From NCBI RefSeq assembly GCF_018398935.1, contig NZ_CP074694.1, positions 5,400,001-5,432,000 of the forward strand: 32,000 nt of DNA. Reading direction: 5' to 3'. Shown here one piece after another: positions 10,801-18,897 of the stretch. Position numbers and translations under genes: made by a program. This DNA is from Telmatocola sphagniphila. GTDB lineage: Bacteria > Planctomycetota > Planctomycetia > Gemmatales > Gemmataceae. Each line of letters begins with the position of its first letter. The stretch's first letter is position 1. The notes beneath the pieces are model-generated. The model was not told the DNA's origin. It was given only the letters and a program-made list of their open reading frames with translations, and made no database searches.

Positions 10801-13800
10801 TCGGGTCAGGTCATCAAACGGGAAACCGTGCTGCTTACCCCCGGCGGGGTCAGCACGCTGACTTACGACCCGACCGACAGTGCCGGAGTGGGTGCCACCG
10901 GAACGCTCAGCCCGAATTCACTGGTCATCAGCTTCAATAATGTCCTGAATGTGGTCGATACGACCGCCGCGCAGGAGACCGACTACTACGGTTCCGTCGG
11001 CGCCGACCAGATCGATCTCACAAACGGCGCCGCCGCTTTCGGCGCTCAAACACTGCAGATCCAGAATCTCGGCGATAGTTCCCCGGTAGTCTCGTTGGCG
11101 AATAAGGGAACTCTGACCGTCAATGGATTGGGGGGTGGAGATTCCTTCCTGGTCAACACCACACAGGGAGCGACCGGGCTTTCGACACTCGATATCTATG
11201 GGAATCACCTCCCCGGACTGGCCGGTGCCGACGGCAGCGAAACCAACAACTTCAGCGTGATTGCCACCTCGGCCGCGCTCACGACCAGCATCAATGGGCA
11301 GGGCATCGACGATACATTCACTCTCGGGGACACCGGAGGAAGCAACTCGATCTCCGGTATTCTGGGAGCGCTCAGCCTGATCGGTGGGGGCACCGATCCC
11401 ACGGTTACTTCCGGCTACACGGTCAACGGAAATTCCATCTCTCTAATCACCGGGAACATTCTCACAGTTAACGATGGTAATTCCTCGGGTAATCTGGCTT
11501 ACACACTCACTCCAACGAGCTTGTCGCGAAATGGCCTGGGAGCGATCTCCTTCAGCAGTATCGGTACCCTGCAGATGACCGCTGGCACGGGTTCGGATAG
11601 CATTCAGGTGAGCAACACCGGCGATAATACCGCGACCATTGTGCATGGAGGTACGGGCAGCGATAACATTACCGTCGCCAGCACCGGCGTCGGCAGTTAT
11701 CTCGATGTTACGAATGCGGGCAGCGGCGGGAACAACACGATCAATCTTCAGGCTGAAGGTCTCAATGGCTTGATTCAGCTGACGGGCGGAGCTCGCAACG
11801 ACACATTTAACGTCGGTAGCACTTCCAATAACTTGAATTCGATACTCGGAGTCCTGGGTATCAATGGCGGTGGCAATCTGGCCGCTCCAACCAGTTCTCT
11901 GACCGTCGGAACGGTGACCAATACTTATGCGGTGGGCGATACGCTTAACCTGAACGATTCGGGCGACCTCGGCACGACCTACGGCATTTCCGGCACGGCC
12001 ATAACCCTCCCGGGTCTCAATCCGATCGGCTACACCAGCATTGGTACTTTAAACCTTCTGGCCGGTAGTACCACCGATACGGTGAATGTGGCCTCGATAG
12101 CATCGAACGCCACAACGACCATCATCACCGGAGCCGCGGCAGACAACATCAATATCTCGGGGACAGGCAGCAGTGGAAATCTGATCGTTTCGGCCGGAGC
12201 AGGGAAAAATGTTTTCAACGTTACCGGCACGGGCGCTGGCAGTCTCGTCTCGCTGCAAAATAGCACGACGGGCAGCACCGATCAATTCAACGTGGGCACC
12301 AGCGGCAACTCGCTCAGCGGTATTCAAGGAGCTCTGGGCCTCAGCGCGACCGCCGGGACGAACGCGGTTTCGTTGAACGACCAGGGCGATGGCGGCAACA
12401 ATACCTATCTTCTGAAACCCAATTCGCTGTCCTGGAATGGCGGACCGAATATCGTTTTCCAAGGCGTGCAGACCATTCTCCTTAACGGGTCGGCTGGTAG
12501 CGACACTTACAACGTGAATGGCACGACGGCGGGATCGACGACGACCCTAAACGATGGAGCGGGCGCTTCGACGTTCAACGTTCAGGGCGCGGGCCTGGCC
12601 GGTAACAACATCCTTCTGGGCAACGGCGGTGGCGACACCTTCAACGTCAATGCGGGAACCGGCATTACGGCCACCAGCGTGAGCATCAGCGGCGGAGAAT
12701 CCAACAGCGTCCTGTCCTACCTGAACGTCAACGGCACCAACGGTAATGACAATGCCTCGTTACACCTGGGATCCGGCAGCTACGGCGAACAGTTCCTTGG
12801 ACTCGGTTCCACACCGCTGAATTTCGACACCATCGGCGATGTGACCTTTAACGGGGCCACGGGAGCCGCCAACTCCAACAGCTTCACGCTCTACAGCCTG
12901 AATAATACCCAGTTTGGTTCGACGACGGGGGTGGGTTTCAACCTGGCCAGCGGTATCATCTACCGTCCGATTTCGGCAACCTCCGGCGATGTTCGACTCA
13001 ATATCAACAATGCGGGCGTGCCGGTTAATCCTTCACTGACGCCCACGATCCATTTCCAGAATGTCAATAAAAGCTTCACCATCGATGGCGGAACTAACCC
13101 GGCCGGATCGAGAGATACGGTCACTGTGTTGGGGGTCAGTACGACGGGGCTGGCCTCGACGCCCTACAACGAAACGACTGCCACGAATGGCTCGAACCAG
13201 ATCAAGGTAACCGATTCCGAAGTCGACATCACTAACGCGACCCTCGGGGTACTGCGTTCGGTGAAGCTCGACACGGCCACTTTGCAAAATCTGGTGGTGC
13301 GAGCGGGCAATCAAACTTCAGGTTTGGTGGGCGATACGGTCAGCGTCGTTCCTTCGAAGCTGATCAATATTCTGGTCGACGGCATGGATCCCAAGTCGCA
13401 GATCGGCGGCGACACGATCAACCCGTTGACCACCGGCTCCCGCACACTGACCAAGATCACCACGGCCGCGCTGGGTGGTTCGCAGACTCGCGTCACCCAG
13501 TCGAACGGGGCCAGCTTTGGCTACGTGAATTTCGAGCATGTCAGCGGTACGGGAATCATCGTCACTGGCGGCGATGCCGGTAATTACTCCCTGGTGAATG
13601 TCTACTCGGCAACCAATCCGGGCGGTGCTCCTAAATTCGTTCTGGAACCCTACGACAATCTGTTCAAGGGTGGCACTCAAGTAGCCGTCGGTGATGTCAA
13701 CGGCGATGGGATCCCCGATATTATCACGCTTAACGGGACTGGGGCCGATCCTCACGTGGAAGTCTTCGACGGGCTGACGGGAGCTTTGCTGCAAAGCTAT

Positions 13801-14493
13801 ATCGCCTTCACCAATTACCTGGGCCCAACCACTCTGGCCGTGGGCGATGTCAACGGCGATGGCTACGCCGATATCATCATCGGAACCGGACCGGGTACGG
13901 CCCCGCACATCAAAGTCTTCAGTGGTAAAGATGGAACCCTGCTGGATAGCTTCTACGCTTTCTCCACGAGTTTCCTGGGTGGTATCAGCGTGGCGGCCGG
14001 CGACATCAACGGCGATGGCAAGGCGGACATCGTAGTGGGCTCGGGCGCTGGCACGCAAGCCCACGTGGTCGTCTTCAGTGGGGCGGATCTCTCCATTCTG
14101 AAGAGCTACTACGCCTTTGCACCGACTTATCTGGGCGGCATCAACGTGGCCGTCGGGGATGTCAACGGCGACGGCGTGCCGGATATTATCGTTGCGGCGG
14201 CGACCGGCACCTCCGGCCACGTGATGGCTTTCGACGGTGTTACCGATAATGTCCTTGCCAGCTTCCTGACCAGCTTCCCCGCATCGTCCGGCGGCTCGGA
14301 TGTCAGCTCCACAACGCCGCTCAATGGCGTTCGAATTGCGACCGCCGATGAAACCGGCACGGGAATTGATGATATACTGGTGTCGCGATCGCAAAGTTCC
14401 CTGGTACTCAGTTACCGGGTAAGTCCGACCTTTGGACAACTGCCGACCTTCGACACCGGCTTTACCTTCGGCGTCTTCATTGGAGGCGGTTGA
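7876..14493 (+). CDS. Giant secreted/surface repeat protein: Kelch-type beta-propeller head, long Gly/Thr/Asn/Ser-rich repeat body, C-terminal FG-GAP/VCBS repeats
   Basis: Single 6.6-kb ORF; the first ATG is at 7876 (the track starts at TTG 7864). The N-terminus carries LNLLSLEDRLVP. Residues ~50-430 show repeated Kelch-like signatures (YNPTTNTW, YDPTKNEW, YDPTTNTW, FNPVTQSW). The body holds many GGxGxD-type motifs. The last ~280 aa carry four clear FG-GAP cores (VGDVNGDGIPDII, VGDVNGDGYADIIIG, AGDINGDGKADIVVG, VGDVNGDGVPDIIVA). Confidence 0.85.
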   Translation: MAQNRLKKFVKSFLPLNLLEPASKKHVSKKRSRLNLLSLEDRLVPTGSWSFVKNPVPDGDAAQTAIILSNGSVLVKGGGDSATTAYYELTPDNTGSYINGTWSVVGSMNDPRLFASSVVLQNSQVLTVGGEYPDFQNTAEVFNPVTQSWTLVPSVPTPDGGFGDDPLSVLPNGNVLAGYYNGPQTYIYNPTTNTWTNGPNKLDNDPSDEESWVKLANGDILSYSIFSSINDNVGEAQYYDPTKNEWFETGTLPALLSTPNEGYELGPALLMDDGRAIFFGTHSNTAIYDPTTNTWSAGPDIPNGYTMSDAPGAIMPNGNILIATSPVDTDDSFPSPTVIYELNTQTMTYTDVTPSGFGLDSLPSFTENMLVLPTGQVMMVNDSGTVAIYTPDGTPDPAGTPTITGITKTGGVLTLTGTKLTGLNEGAAYGDDDEMSSNYPLVQLTDMNGNVHYGYTYNWSSTQVQTGNLPITTNFSIPSNLTGAYLLSSVVQGQTSNSFLYVQPGAGANNLTVEIDPSDSTKIEILQGNTEVGLFDLNSFSQIYVNGATGNNLNTTVSISEAVAALGVPINIYGSTGTNNHLTLKLEGTSSSDSFVSGANSASIDGYSINFTGVTSVVFDGNGGNDSFDITPLSTISFTANGGGTGSTLLYHGAATLTLTGYSSGTILTNGLLSDSYTGIGTSITITGNINLNVTAGVSSTNGANNGVADNFVITGSNSGTSILINGSGLPSIIGNIVALGVIGSNDNDTVTVDNSQAAVNLPISFNGGGGNNTLNVIGAATSDNFVVNNSQVKIDSTTINYANVQTMQLTGNGGSDNFDVTPLAITAINITGSDSGTSTTNTLTYRGSGTYTITGNDSATISSPGLQNVTFTGIGGTTTFAGSYSLGISALASASNGPNNGVPDSFYVVKTLTGLQILINGVSSPNILGTLNGVIVTGSNDNDTLSVDNSGGLITAPITFNGGGGSNTLNVIGNSGQVIKRETVLLTPGGVSTLTYDPTDSAGVGATGTLSPNSLVISFNNVLNVVDTTAAQETDYYGSVGADQIDLTNGAAAFGAQTLQIQNLGDSSPVVSLANKGTLTVNGLGGGDSFLVNTTQGATGLSTLDIYGNHLPGLAGADGSETNNFSVIATSAALTTSINGQGIDDTFTLGDTGGSNSISGILGALSLIGGGTDPTVTSGYTVNGNSISLITGNILTVNDGNSSGNLAYTLTPTSLSRNGLGAISFSSIGTLQMTAGTGSDSIQVSNTGDNTATIVHGGTGSDNITVASTGVGSYLDVTNAGSGGNNTINLQAEGLNGLIQLTGGARNDTFNVGSTSNNLNSILGVLGINGGGNLAAPTSSLTVGTVTNTYAVGDTLNLNDSGDLGTTYGISGTAITLPGLNPIGYTSIGTLNLLAGSTTDTVNVASIASNATTTIITGAAADNINISGTGSSGNLIVSAGAGKNVFNVTGTGAGSLVSLQNSTTGSTDQFNVGTSGNSLSGIQGALGLSATAGTNAVSLNDQGDGGNNTYLLKPNSLSWNGGPNIVFQGVQTILLNGSAGSDTYNVNGTTAGSTTTLNDGAGASTFNVQGAGLAGNNILLGNGGGDTFNVNAGTGITATSVSISGGESNSVLSYLNVNGTNGNDNASLHLGSGSYGEQFLGLGSTPLNFDTIGDVTFNGATGAANSNSFTLYSLNNTQFGSTTGVGFNLASGIIYRPISATSGDVRLNINNAGVPVNPSLTPTIHFQNVNKSFTIDGGTNPAGSRDTVTVLGVSTTGLASTPYNETTATNGSNQIKVTDSEVDITNATLGVLRSVKLDTATLQNLVVRAGNQTSGLVGDTVSVVPSKLINILVDGMDPKSQIGGDTINPLTTGSRTLTKITTAALGGSQTRVTQSNGASFGYVNFEHVSGTGIIVTGGDAGNYSLVNVYSATNPGGAPKFVLEPYDNLFKGGTQVAVGDVNGDGIPDIITLNGTGADPHVEVFDGLTGALLQSYIAFTNYLGPTTLAVGDVNGDGYADIIIGTGPGTAPHIKVFSGKDGTLLDSFYAFSTSFLGGISVAAGDINGDGKADIVVGSGAGTQAHVVVFSGADLSILKSYYAFAPTYLGGINVAVGDVNGDGVPDIIVAAATGTSGHVMAFDGVTDNVLASFLTSFPASSGGSDVSSTTPLNGVRIATADETGTGIDDILVSRSQSSLVLSYRVSPTFGQLPTFDTGFTFGVFIGGG
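9730..10890 (+). repeat. Diverged tandem duplication of a ~194-codon module inside the giant gene
   Basis: Unit 1 starts at FDGNGGNDSFDITPL (about 9730) and unit 2 at LTGNGGSDNFDVTPL (about 10313). Both run through ...GSNDNDT(V/L)(T/S)VDNS...FNGGGG(N/S)NTLNVIG in the same order. The period is ~583 nt. Confidence 0.6.
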
Positions 14494-14505
14494 TCAGTTT
14501 TTGGG

Positions 14506-15024
14506 ATGGCTAGCATGAGGCTTGGGCGAATTCAGGGATTTTTGATTTTAGTCGTTTGGTTCGGCCTGAGCCAAACGGCCAGCGCTCACGGGTTGAGTGC
14601 GGAAGCCAAGTTGATCGGCAAAACAGTCTACGTTACCGCCTACTTCGACGACGACAGCCCGGCCGCCGAGGCCGACGTCACCATACTCGATAGCCAGCAA
14701 AAAGTTCTGCGGAAAAGCAAAACCGACCGAGACGGAAAGTGCGAATTTGAAGTACCGGCGGTCGAGCGCTGCCGGATTATCGTCGATGCCGGGGGTGGCC
14801 ATCTGGCCCGAATGTGGCTGGATATCCCGCCCGAAACCGATGAGGCGATCCGGGATCTGACACCGGGTCGCAGCCGGGACGATTTTGCCGGTTCCGGAAG
14901 AATCTATCGGGCTGGACTGGGACTGGCCTTCCTGCTCGCGGTTTACCTCCTTTACAAGCGTTTCGGCACATCCGCCAGGAATAAAAAATCACCTGCCGAC
15001 GGCGGTTCTTCAAACCGCGCCTGA
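14506..15024 (+). CDS. Small secreted beta-sandwich-like protein with a C-terminal membrane anchor and a predicted mature N-terminal His
   Basis: Starts 13 nt after the giant gene. The signal peptide ends SQTASA|HG. VTILDSQQKVLRKSKTDRDGKCEFEV resembles carboxypeptidase-regulatory/transthyretin-like folds. C-terminal TM helix is AGLGLAFLLAVYLLY. Confidence 0.55.
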   Translation: MASMRLGRIQGFLILVVWFGLSQTASAHGLSAEAKLIGKTVYVTAYFDDDSPAAEADVTILDSQQKVLRKSKTDRDGKCEFEVPAVERCRIIVDAGGGHLARMWLDIPPETDEAIRDLTPGRSRDDFAGSGRIYRAGLGLAFLLAVYLLYKRFGTSARNKKSPADGGSSNRA

Positions 15025-15147
15025 ATCCTGTTATGATGAATCCATCGGGGAAAGATTTTCTACCGTCTGGGAAGCAATTCTTTTCCGAACCCGGAACCTG
15101 TATACTTCTCCCTTATTCCAATTGTCGTTTTGGGGATGCCAAGCTAG

Positions 15148-16455
15148 ATGCTGCAACTGACCGCACTTCGGGAAATCCTTCGATATATTCCCCAATTTCG
15201 GGATCGGGTTTTCGTCATCGCCATCGATGGAGCCATCGTCGACGATGAAAATTTCGGCAACCTGCTTTTGGACGTGGCCCTGATGCGGAGTCTGCGAATC
15301 GGGGTCGTGATCGTCCACGGCGCCGGCGCTCAAGTGCGGCTCCTCGCCGAAAAAGAAAAAACGGCCATCACCAATCACGATGGTATCGGCATCACCGATC
15401 TGCCGACCCTGGAAATTTCCATTCGCGCGGCCAATCGCGTTACCCACGAAATTCTCGTCGGTCTCTCGGCGGTCGATCTCCTCGGAGCCTGCGGCAATCC
15501 TTTAGTCGCTCACCCGGCGGGTATCCTCGGCGGCGTCGATCACCTTTACACTGGCAAAATCGAGCGCATGGATGTGGCCATGCTTCGCAACATGCTCGAA
15601 CACAACATCATCCCGGTCATTCCGCCGCTGGGCAGCGATGGTCAGGGACGGACCTATCGATTGAATTCTGATGCTGTGGCCGTGGATGTCGCCAAGGCGT
15701 TGCAGGCCGTGAAGCTCATCTATCTGTCCGAACACTCCGCCCCGAAAATCGGTACCCGGCTGCTCCGCTCGCTGACCATGGAGGAAGCGGGCGTGATCGT
15801 CAAAAAGCAGCGCACAGAAATCGTTCCAAACGATGCGATTTCCAAGCTGGAGAACGCCGTGCGGGCGGCTAAGGATGGGGTGCCGCGCGTTCACATCATC
15901 GATGGCCGGATGCAGGAGGGACTGTTGGGCGAAGTCTTCTCCAACGAGGGGGTAGGCACGCTCATTCACGCCAATGAGTATCAGTCGATTCGCAAGGCGC
16001 TGAAGAAAGATATCCGCACGATCATGAGTTTGATTCAGTTGGGCGTCGATGCGGACGAACTGCTGAAGCGTAGCCGGGCGGAAGTGGAACGGCTGATCGA
16101 CGATTTCTTCGTTTTCGAAGTCGATGGCAATGCGGTGGCCTGTGGGGCCGTGCATCTGTTTCCCGAGGATAAGAAGGCCGAGCTGGCCTGCGTCTACGTG
16201 CAGCAGCGCTACGAAAACCAGGGAATTGGTGCCAAGCTGATTCGCTACGGGGAAGAACTGGCCAAGATCCGGGGCGCGGAAGAGTTGCTGACTCTTTCCA
16301 CCCAGGCGATTAACTATTTTATTCAGAAGGGGGGCTTCCGGCTGGCCACGCCCGAGGATCTTCCCGGTTTTCGCAAAGAGCGCTACGAACGCTCCGGTCG
16401 AAAGTCGCAAGTTCTCATTAAGCGGATTGCGGGCGAGATGGCCGCGGCGAAATAG
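15148..16455 (+). CDS. argA: Amino-acid N-acetyltransferase (N-acetylglutamate synthase), amino-acid-kinase domain plus GNAT domain
   Basis: 435 aa. The N-terminus LREILRYIPQFRDRVFVIAIDG and VIVHGAG are amino-acid-kinase fold motifs. The C-terminal GNAT core is QRYENQGIGAKLIRYGEELA. Length and order match ArgA. Confidence 0.9.
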   Translation: MLQLTALREILRYIPQFRDRVFVIAIDGAIVDDENFGNLLLDVALMRSLRIGVVIVHGAGAQVRLLAEKEKTAITNHDGIGITDLPTLEISIRAANRVTHEILVGLSAVDLLGACGNPLVAHPAGILGGVDHLYTGKIERMDVAMLRNMLEHNIIPVIPPLGSDGQGRTYRLNSDAVAVDVAKALQAVKLIYLSEHSAPKIGTRLLRSLTMEEAGVIVKKQRTEIVPNDAISKLENAVRAAKDGVPRVHIIDGRMQEGLLGEVFSNEGVGTLIHANEYQSIRKALKKDIRTIMSLIQLGVDADELLKRSRAEVERLIDDFFVFEVDGNAVACGAVHLFPEDKKAELACVYVQQRYENQGIGAKLIRYGEELAKIRGAEELLTLSTQAINYFIQKGGFRLATPEDLPGFRKERYERSGRKSQVLIKRIAGEMAAAK

Positions 16456-16461
16456 ACATTT

Positions 16462-17310
16462 TTATCGCTTGGCAACCGCCTGAAAGAATTCCTGAATGCG
16501 TTGCACTGCCCCGTCGGGAATTTCATGCCCTCCCGAGTGTAAAAAGGTTATGACTTCGGTTCCTTTGTTCGAAGGATATTCCGTGCAGTGCGTACCCGCC
16601 GGTTTGCCCGTCGAATCGCAGCCATTCAGTTTTCGTATTTCTTCGATAGTGCGGATCTGCTGTTGATAGCGGACCAGCGGATCTTTCTCCCCGGCCACAT
16701 GCAGACAGGGCTTGGGCTTCATTCCCTTGAAATCTTTCAGATCGAGTAAAGCCGCGATGGGAGCCACGGCGGCTATGGTGTCGTTGCGGGCCGCCCAAAG
16801 AACGTAGGTAAAGAAGCCGCCGTTGGAATGCCCGGTCACGAACACTTTCTTTTCATCAATGCCGTAATCTTTTTGAAAGCTCTTCAGCAGGGCATCGTAG
16901 AATTCGAGATCGCGATCCTGCTGATCGCCGATCGCTTTTTGCCAGCCCGCTCGTTTCCCTTCCGGATCGATGAACGGCGCGGCCGTGGGCAGTCCTTGCG
17001 GGTAAACGGTAATCGCGTCTGGCCAGCTCTCGTGAAATTTGAATTTTCGGGCGGAGAATTCCGCCGTGCCGCCATGGCCGTGAAATGCGAAAATCAGAGC
17101 GGGTTTGCTGACCGTTGTAGCGGGGACATGGACGAGTGCTTCGCGTGTAGTGTCTCCCACTTTCCAGGTCATCCGTTTCAATCCGGCGATTTCTTTTGAG
17201 GATTTATTCAGCTTCTCCCGCAAGGATTTTGTGCCTTCGGCAGGCGGTTGAGCAAACAGGGCGGGGCAGACGGTCAGGAAAGATAAAAGGAATAGCAGGC
17301 CGCGATACAT
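16462..17310 (-). CDS. Secreted alpha/beta-hydrolase (PHB depolymerase / esterase LpqC-like family)
   Basis: Signal peptide MYRGLLFLLSFLTVCPALFAQP. Nucleophile elbow VFVTGHSNGGFF. FAFHGHGGT and a C-terminal HSGGHEIP are consistent with a Ser-Asp-His esterase. Its stop is 6 nt from the argA stop (convergent). Confidence 0.8.
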   Translation of the reverse strand: MYRGLLFLLSFLTVCPALFAQPPAEGTKSLREKLNKSSKEIAGLKRMTWKVGDTTREALVHVPATTVSKPALIFAFHGHGGTAEFSARKFKFHESWPDAITVYPQGLPTAAPFIDPEGKRAGWQKAIGDQQDRDLEFYDALLKSFQKDYGIDEKKVFVTGHSNGGFFTYVLWAARNDTIAAVAPIAALLDLKDFKGMKPKPCLHVAGEKDPLVRYQQQIRTIEEIRKLNGCDSTGKPAGTHCTEYPSNKGTEVITFLHSGGHEIPDGAVQRIQEFFQAVAKR

Positions 17311-17607
17311 GATCTATCTCGTGCAGGAAAACAGTCTATTACCGAGGGATACTAGATTAACACGGGAGAGTGTCAGGAGTTACGACGGCGAGAGAAGAAT
17401 TTGAGTTTTATCGCTTCGCGAGTTGAGGGAGAGTCCTTCCTACTTAGCTGCACTCTTTTACGATCTCTGAATGTCGAGGGGAAGATTCGCAGCGGGGAGT
17501 TAAATGATTTCTCGACAAAATGCCTATGAATGTGGTACCGAGTTAGGTTTTCTAAATTACAAAAAATTCGGGCGAATATAATGATAGTAATCAGAGGAGA
17601 GTGAAAT

Positions 17608-18120
17608 ATGAGCTTTCGATGCACGAGATGGACGAACGACCCCATTTTTTGGGTGGTGCCTATTGTGTTGGTAGTATTTGATTTTTTTATTTTTGGATTT
17701 TTGATCGTCGCAATAGAGCGGCTCGCCTATGAAAGTCTGCTTTTCTTAGGACTCGCAATAATTTTAGGATTGGGGACTTTGGAGTCTTGGAACATGGTTT
17801 TGTTTCCTCATGAATTGGAATTCGTGTTGGAGGCAGATCGTATTCGCTGGGGTCGGACCGAAAAACCAAAAAGTCAAAAAGTGGTTCATTTTTCTGAAGT
17901 CAAAGAATTTCTGTGGGATGCGAGTGAAAGAACCTTACTCGCGGATACGAATTCTATGGGCGGCTTAACAACGATTGGAGAAGGGGTTCTTCGAAGTGAT
18001 AAATTACGAGAATTTCTCGTGCATTTTGAGGAATGTCTTCAACAACATCACCCCGGAAAGAAAATTTTGGATAGAGGAAGTAGTAAGGTTCTCACTAATA
18101 TCAGTGGGGATTTGAAATAG
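17608..18120 (+). CDS. Hypothetical membrane protein (two N-terminal TM helices plus a soluble domain), AT-rich orphan
   Basis: ATG preceded by AGGAGAG. Hydrophobic segments are IFWVVPIVLVVFDFFIFGFLIVAI and LLFLGLAIILGLGTL. No recognisable family. The gene and its flanks are conspicuously AT-rich relative to neighbours. Confidence 0.4.
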   Translation: MSFRCTRWTNDPIFWVVPIVLVVFDFFIFGFLIVAIERLAYESLLFLGLAIILGLGTLESWNMVLFPHELEFVLEADRIRWGRTEKPKSQKVVHFSEVKEFLWDASERTLLADTNSMGGLTTIGEGVLRSDKLREFLVHFEECLQQHHPGKKILDRGSSKVLTNISGDLK

Positions 18121-18266
18121 ATTTGAAATCATTTCGTTCGTTCGCGACCCCAATGCTTCAGAGAAAAACCCAGTAAAATAGCCTTCTGACAAACCTGTAG
18201 GGTATTGTTAGAATAAGCGACTTTTGTTGCTGAGCTTAAAAATATTTGCATTCACCGAGCCTTCCC

Positions 18267-18653
18267 ATGAATCTGCTTCGCACTCACCATGTGGCCGTGA
18301 TCGTTTCGAACTATTCGAAGTCGAAGCATTTCTACACGGAGATTCTGGGTCTGGAAGTGATCCGGGAAGTGCATCGTAAAGAGCGGGATTCCTATAAGCT
18401 CGATCTGCGGATCGCCGACGGCACCCAGATAGAACTCTTTTCCTTCCCGAATCCGCCGAAGCGACCTTCCTATCCCGAGGCTTGCGGCCTGCGGCACTTG
18501 GCCTTCGAGGTGGCCGATCTTGATGTTACCGTGGCGGAACTAACGGGTCACGGCGTGACGGTGGAGGCCATCCGAATCGATGAGTTCACGGGTAAGCGGT
18601 TCACGTTTTTCAGTGATCCGGACGGCCTGCCGCTGGAGTTGTACGAGAGGTGA
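18267..18653 (+). CDS. yaeR: VOC-family (glyoxalase I-like) metalloprotein, YaeR/SMU1112c type
   Basis: From the ATG at 18267: HHVAVIVSNYSKSKHFYTEILGLEVI, RDSYKLDL, ELFSFPNPPKRPSYPEACGLRHLAF and FFSDPDGLPLELYE. This matches the YaeR-type pattern as I remember it. Confidence 0.8.
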   Translation: MNLLRTHHVAVIVSNYSKSKHFYTEILGLEVIREVHRKERDSYKLDLRIADGTQIELFSFPNPPKRPSYPEACGLRHLAFEVADLDVTVAELTGHGVTVEAIRIDEFTGKRFTFFSDPDGLPLELYER

Positions 18654-18897
18654 GGGGGGGAGCTTCTGCGATCTTTGACAGCAAGACAGAGCTTGCCAGT
18701 AGTCCGAAATCTCCACCTCGACTACGCATAATCAGAAAAGAACATCCTCCACTCTCTCTTTCTTCGCTGCTAAACGCGGTGTGCAGACTTCTCCGCAATC
18801 GAGGGTGCACACAAACCTTCGAATTTGACGATATTTCAAAGGTCCACCGGACTTTTTGGGGTCAAAAAGGGTCATTCTTTCCGGGATTTCCCTAGAG

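Noticed and set aside
9400-13300. Repetitive DNA in the giant gene as a possible CRISPR array or satellite.
   Set aside because: The periodicity is at the protein-module level (~583 nt, diverged) within one uninterrupted reading frame. There are no short identical direct repeats with unique spacers.
1272-16410. Long antisense or overlapping ORFs inside the core genes. Examples: 1272..1943 (+), 2408..3103 (-), 3230..4078 (-), 4244..4744 (-), 5147..5644 (+), 6087..6899 (-), 6290..6934 (+), 9184..9831 (-), 13318..14439 (-), 15502..16410 (-).
   Set aside because: Each lies opposite or out of frame to a gene with strong family motifs. Their translations are Arg/Gly/Pro/Ala-rich low-complexity strings, typical of shadow ORFs in GC-rich DNA. 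None shows a recognisable motif.
17373-17645. Minus-strand ORF of 90 aa upstream of, and overlapping, the orphan membrane gene.
   Set aside because: It lies in AT-rich intergenic DNA, has no ribosome-binding site or motif, overlaps the better-supported plus-strand start at 17608, and its composition looks non-coding.
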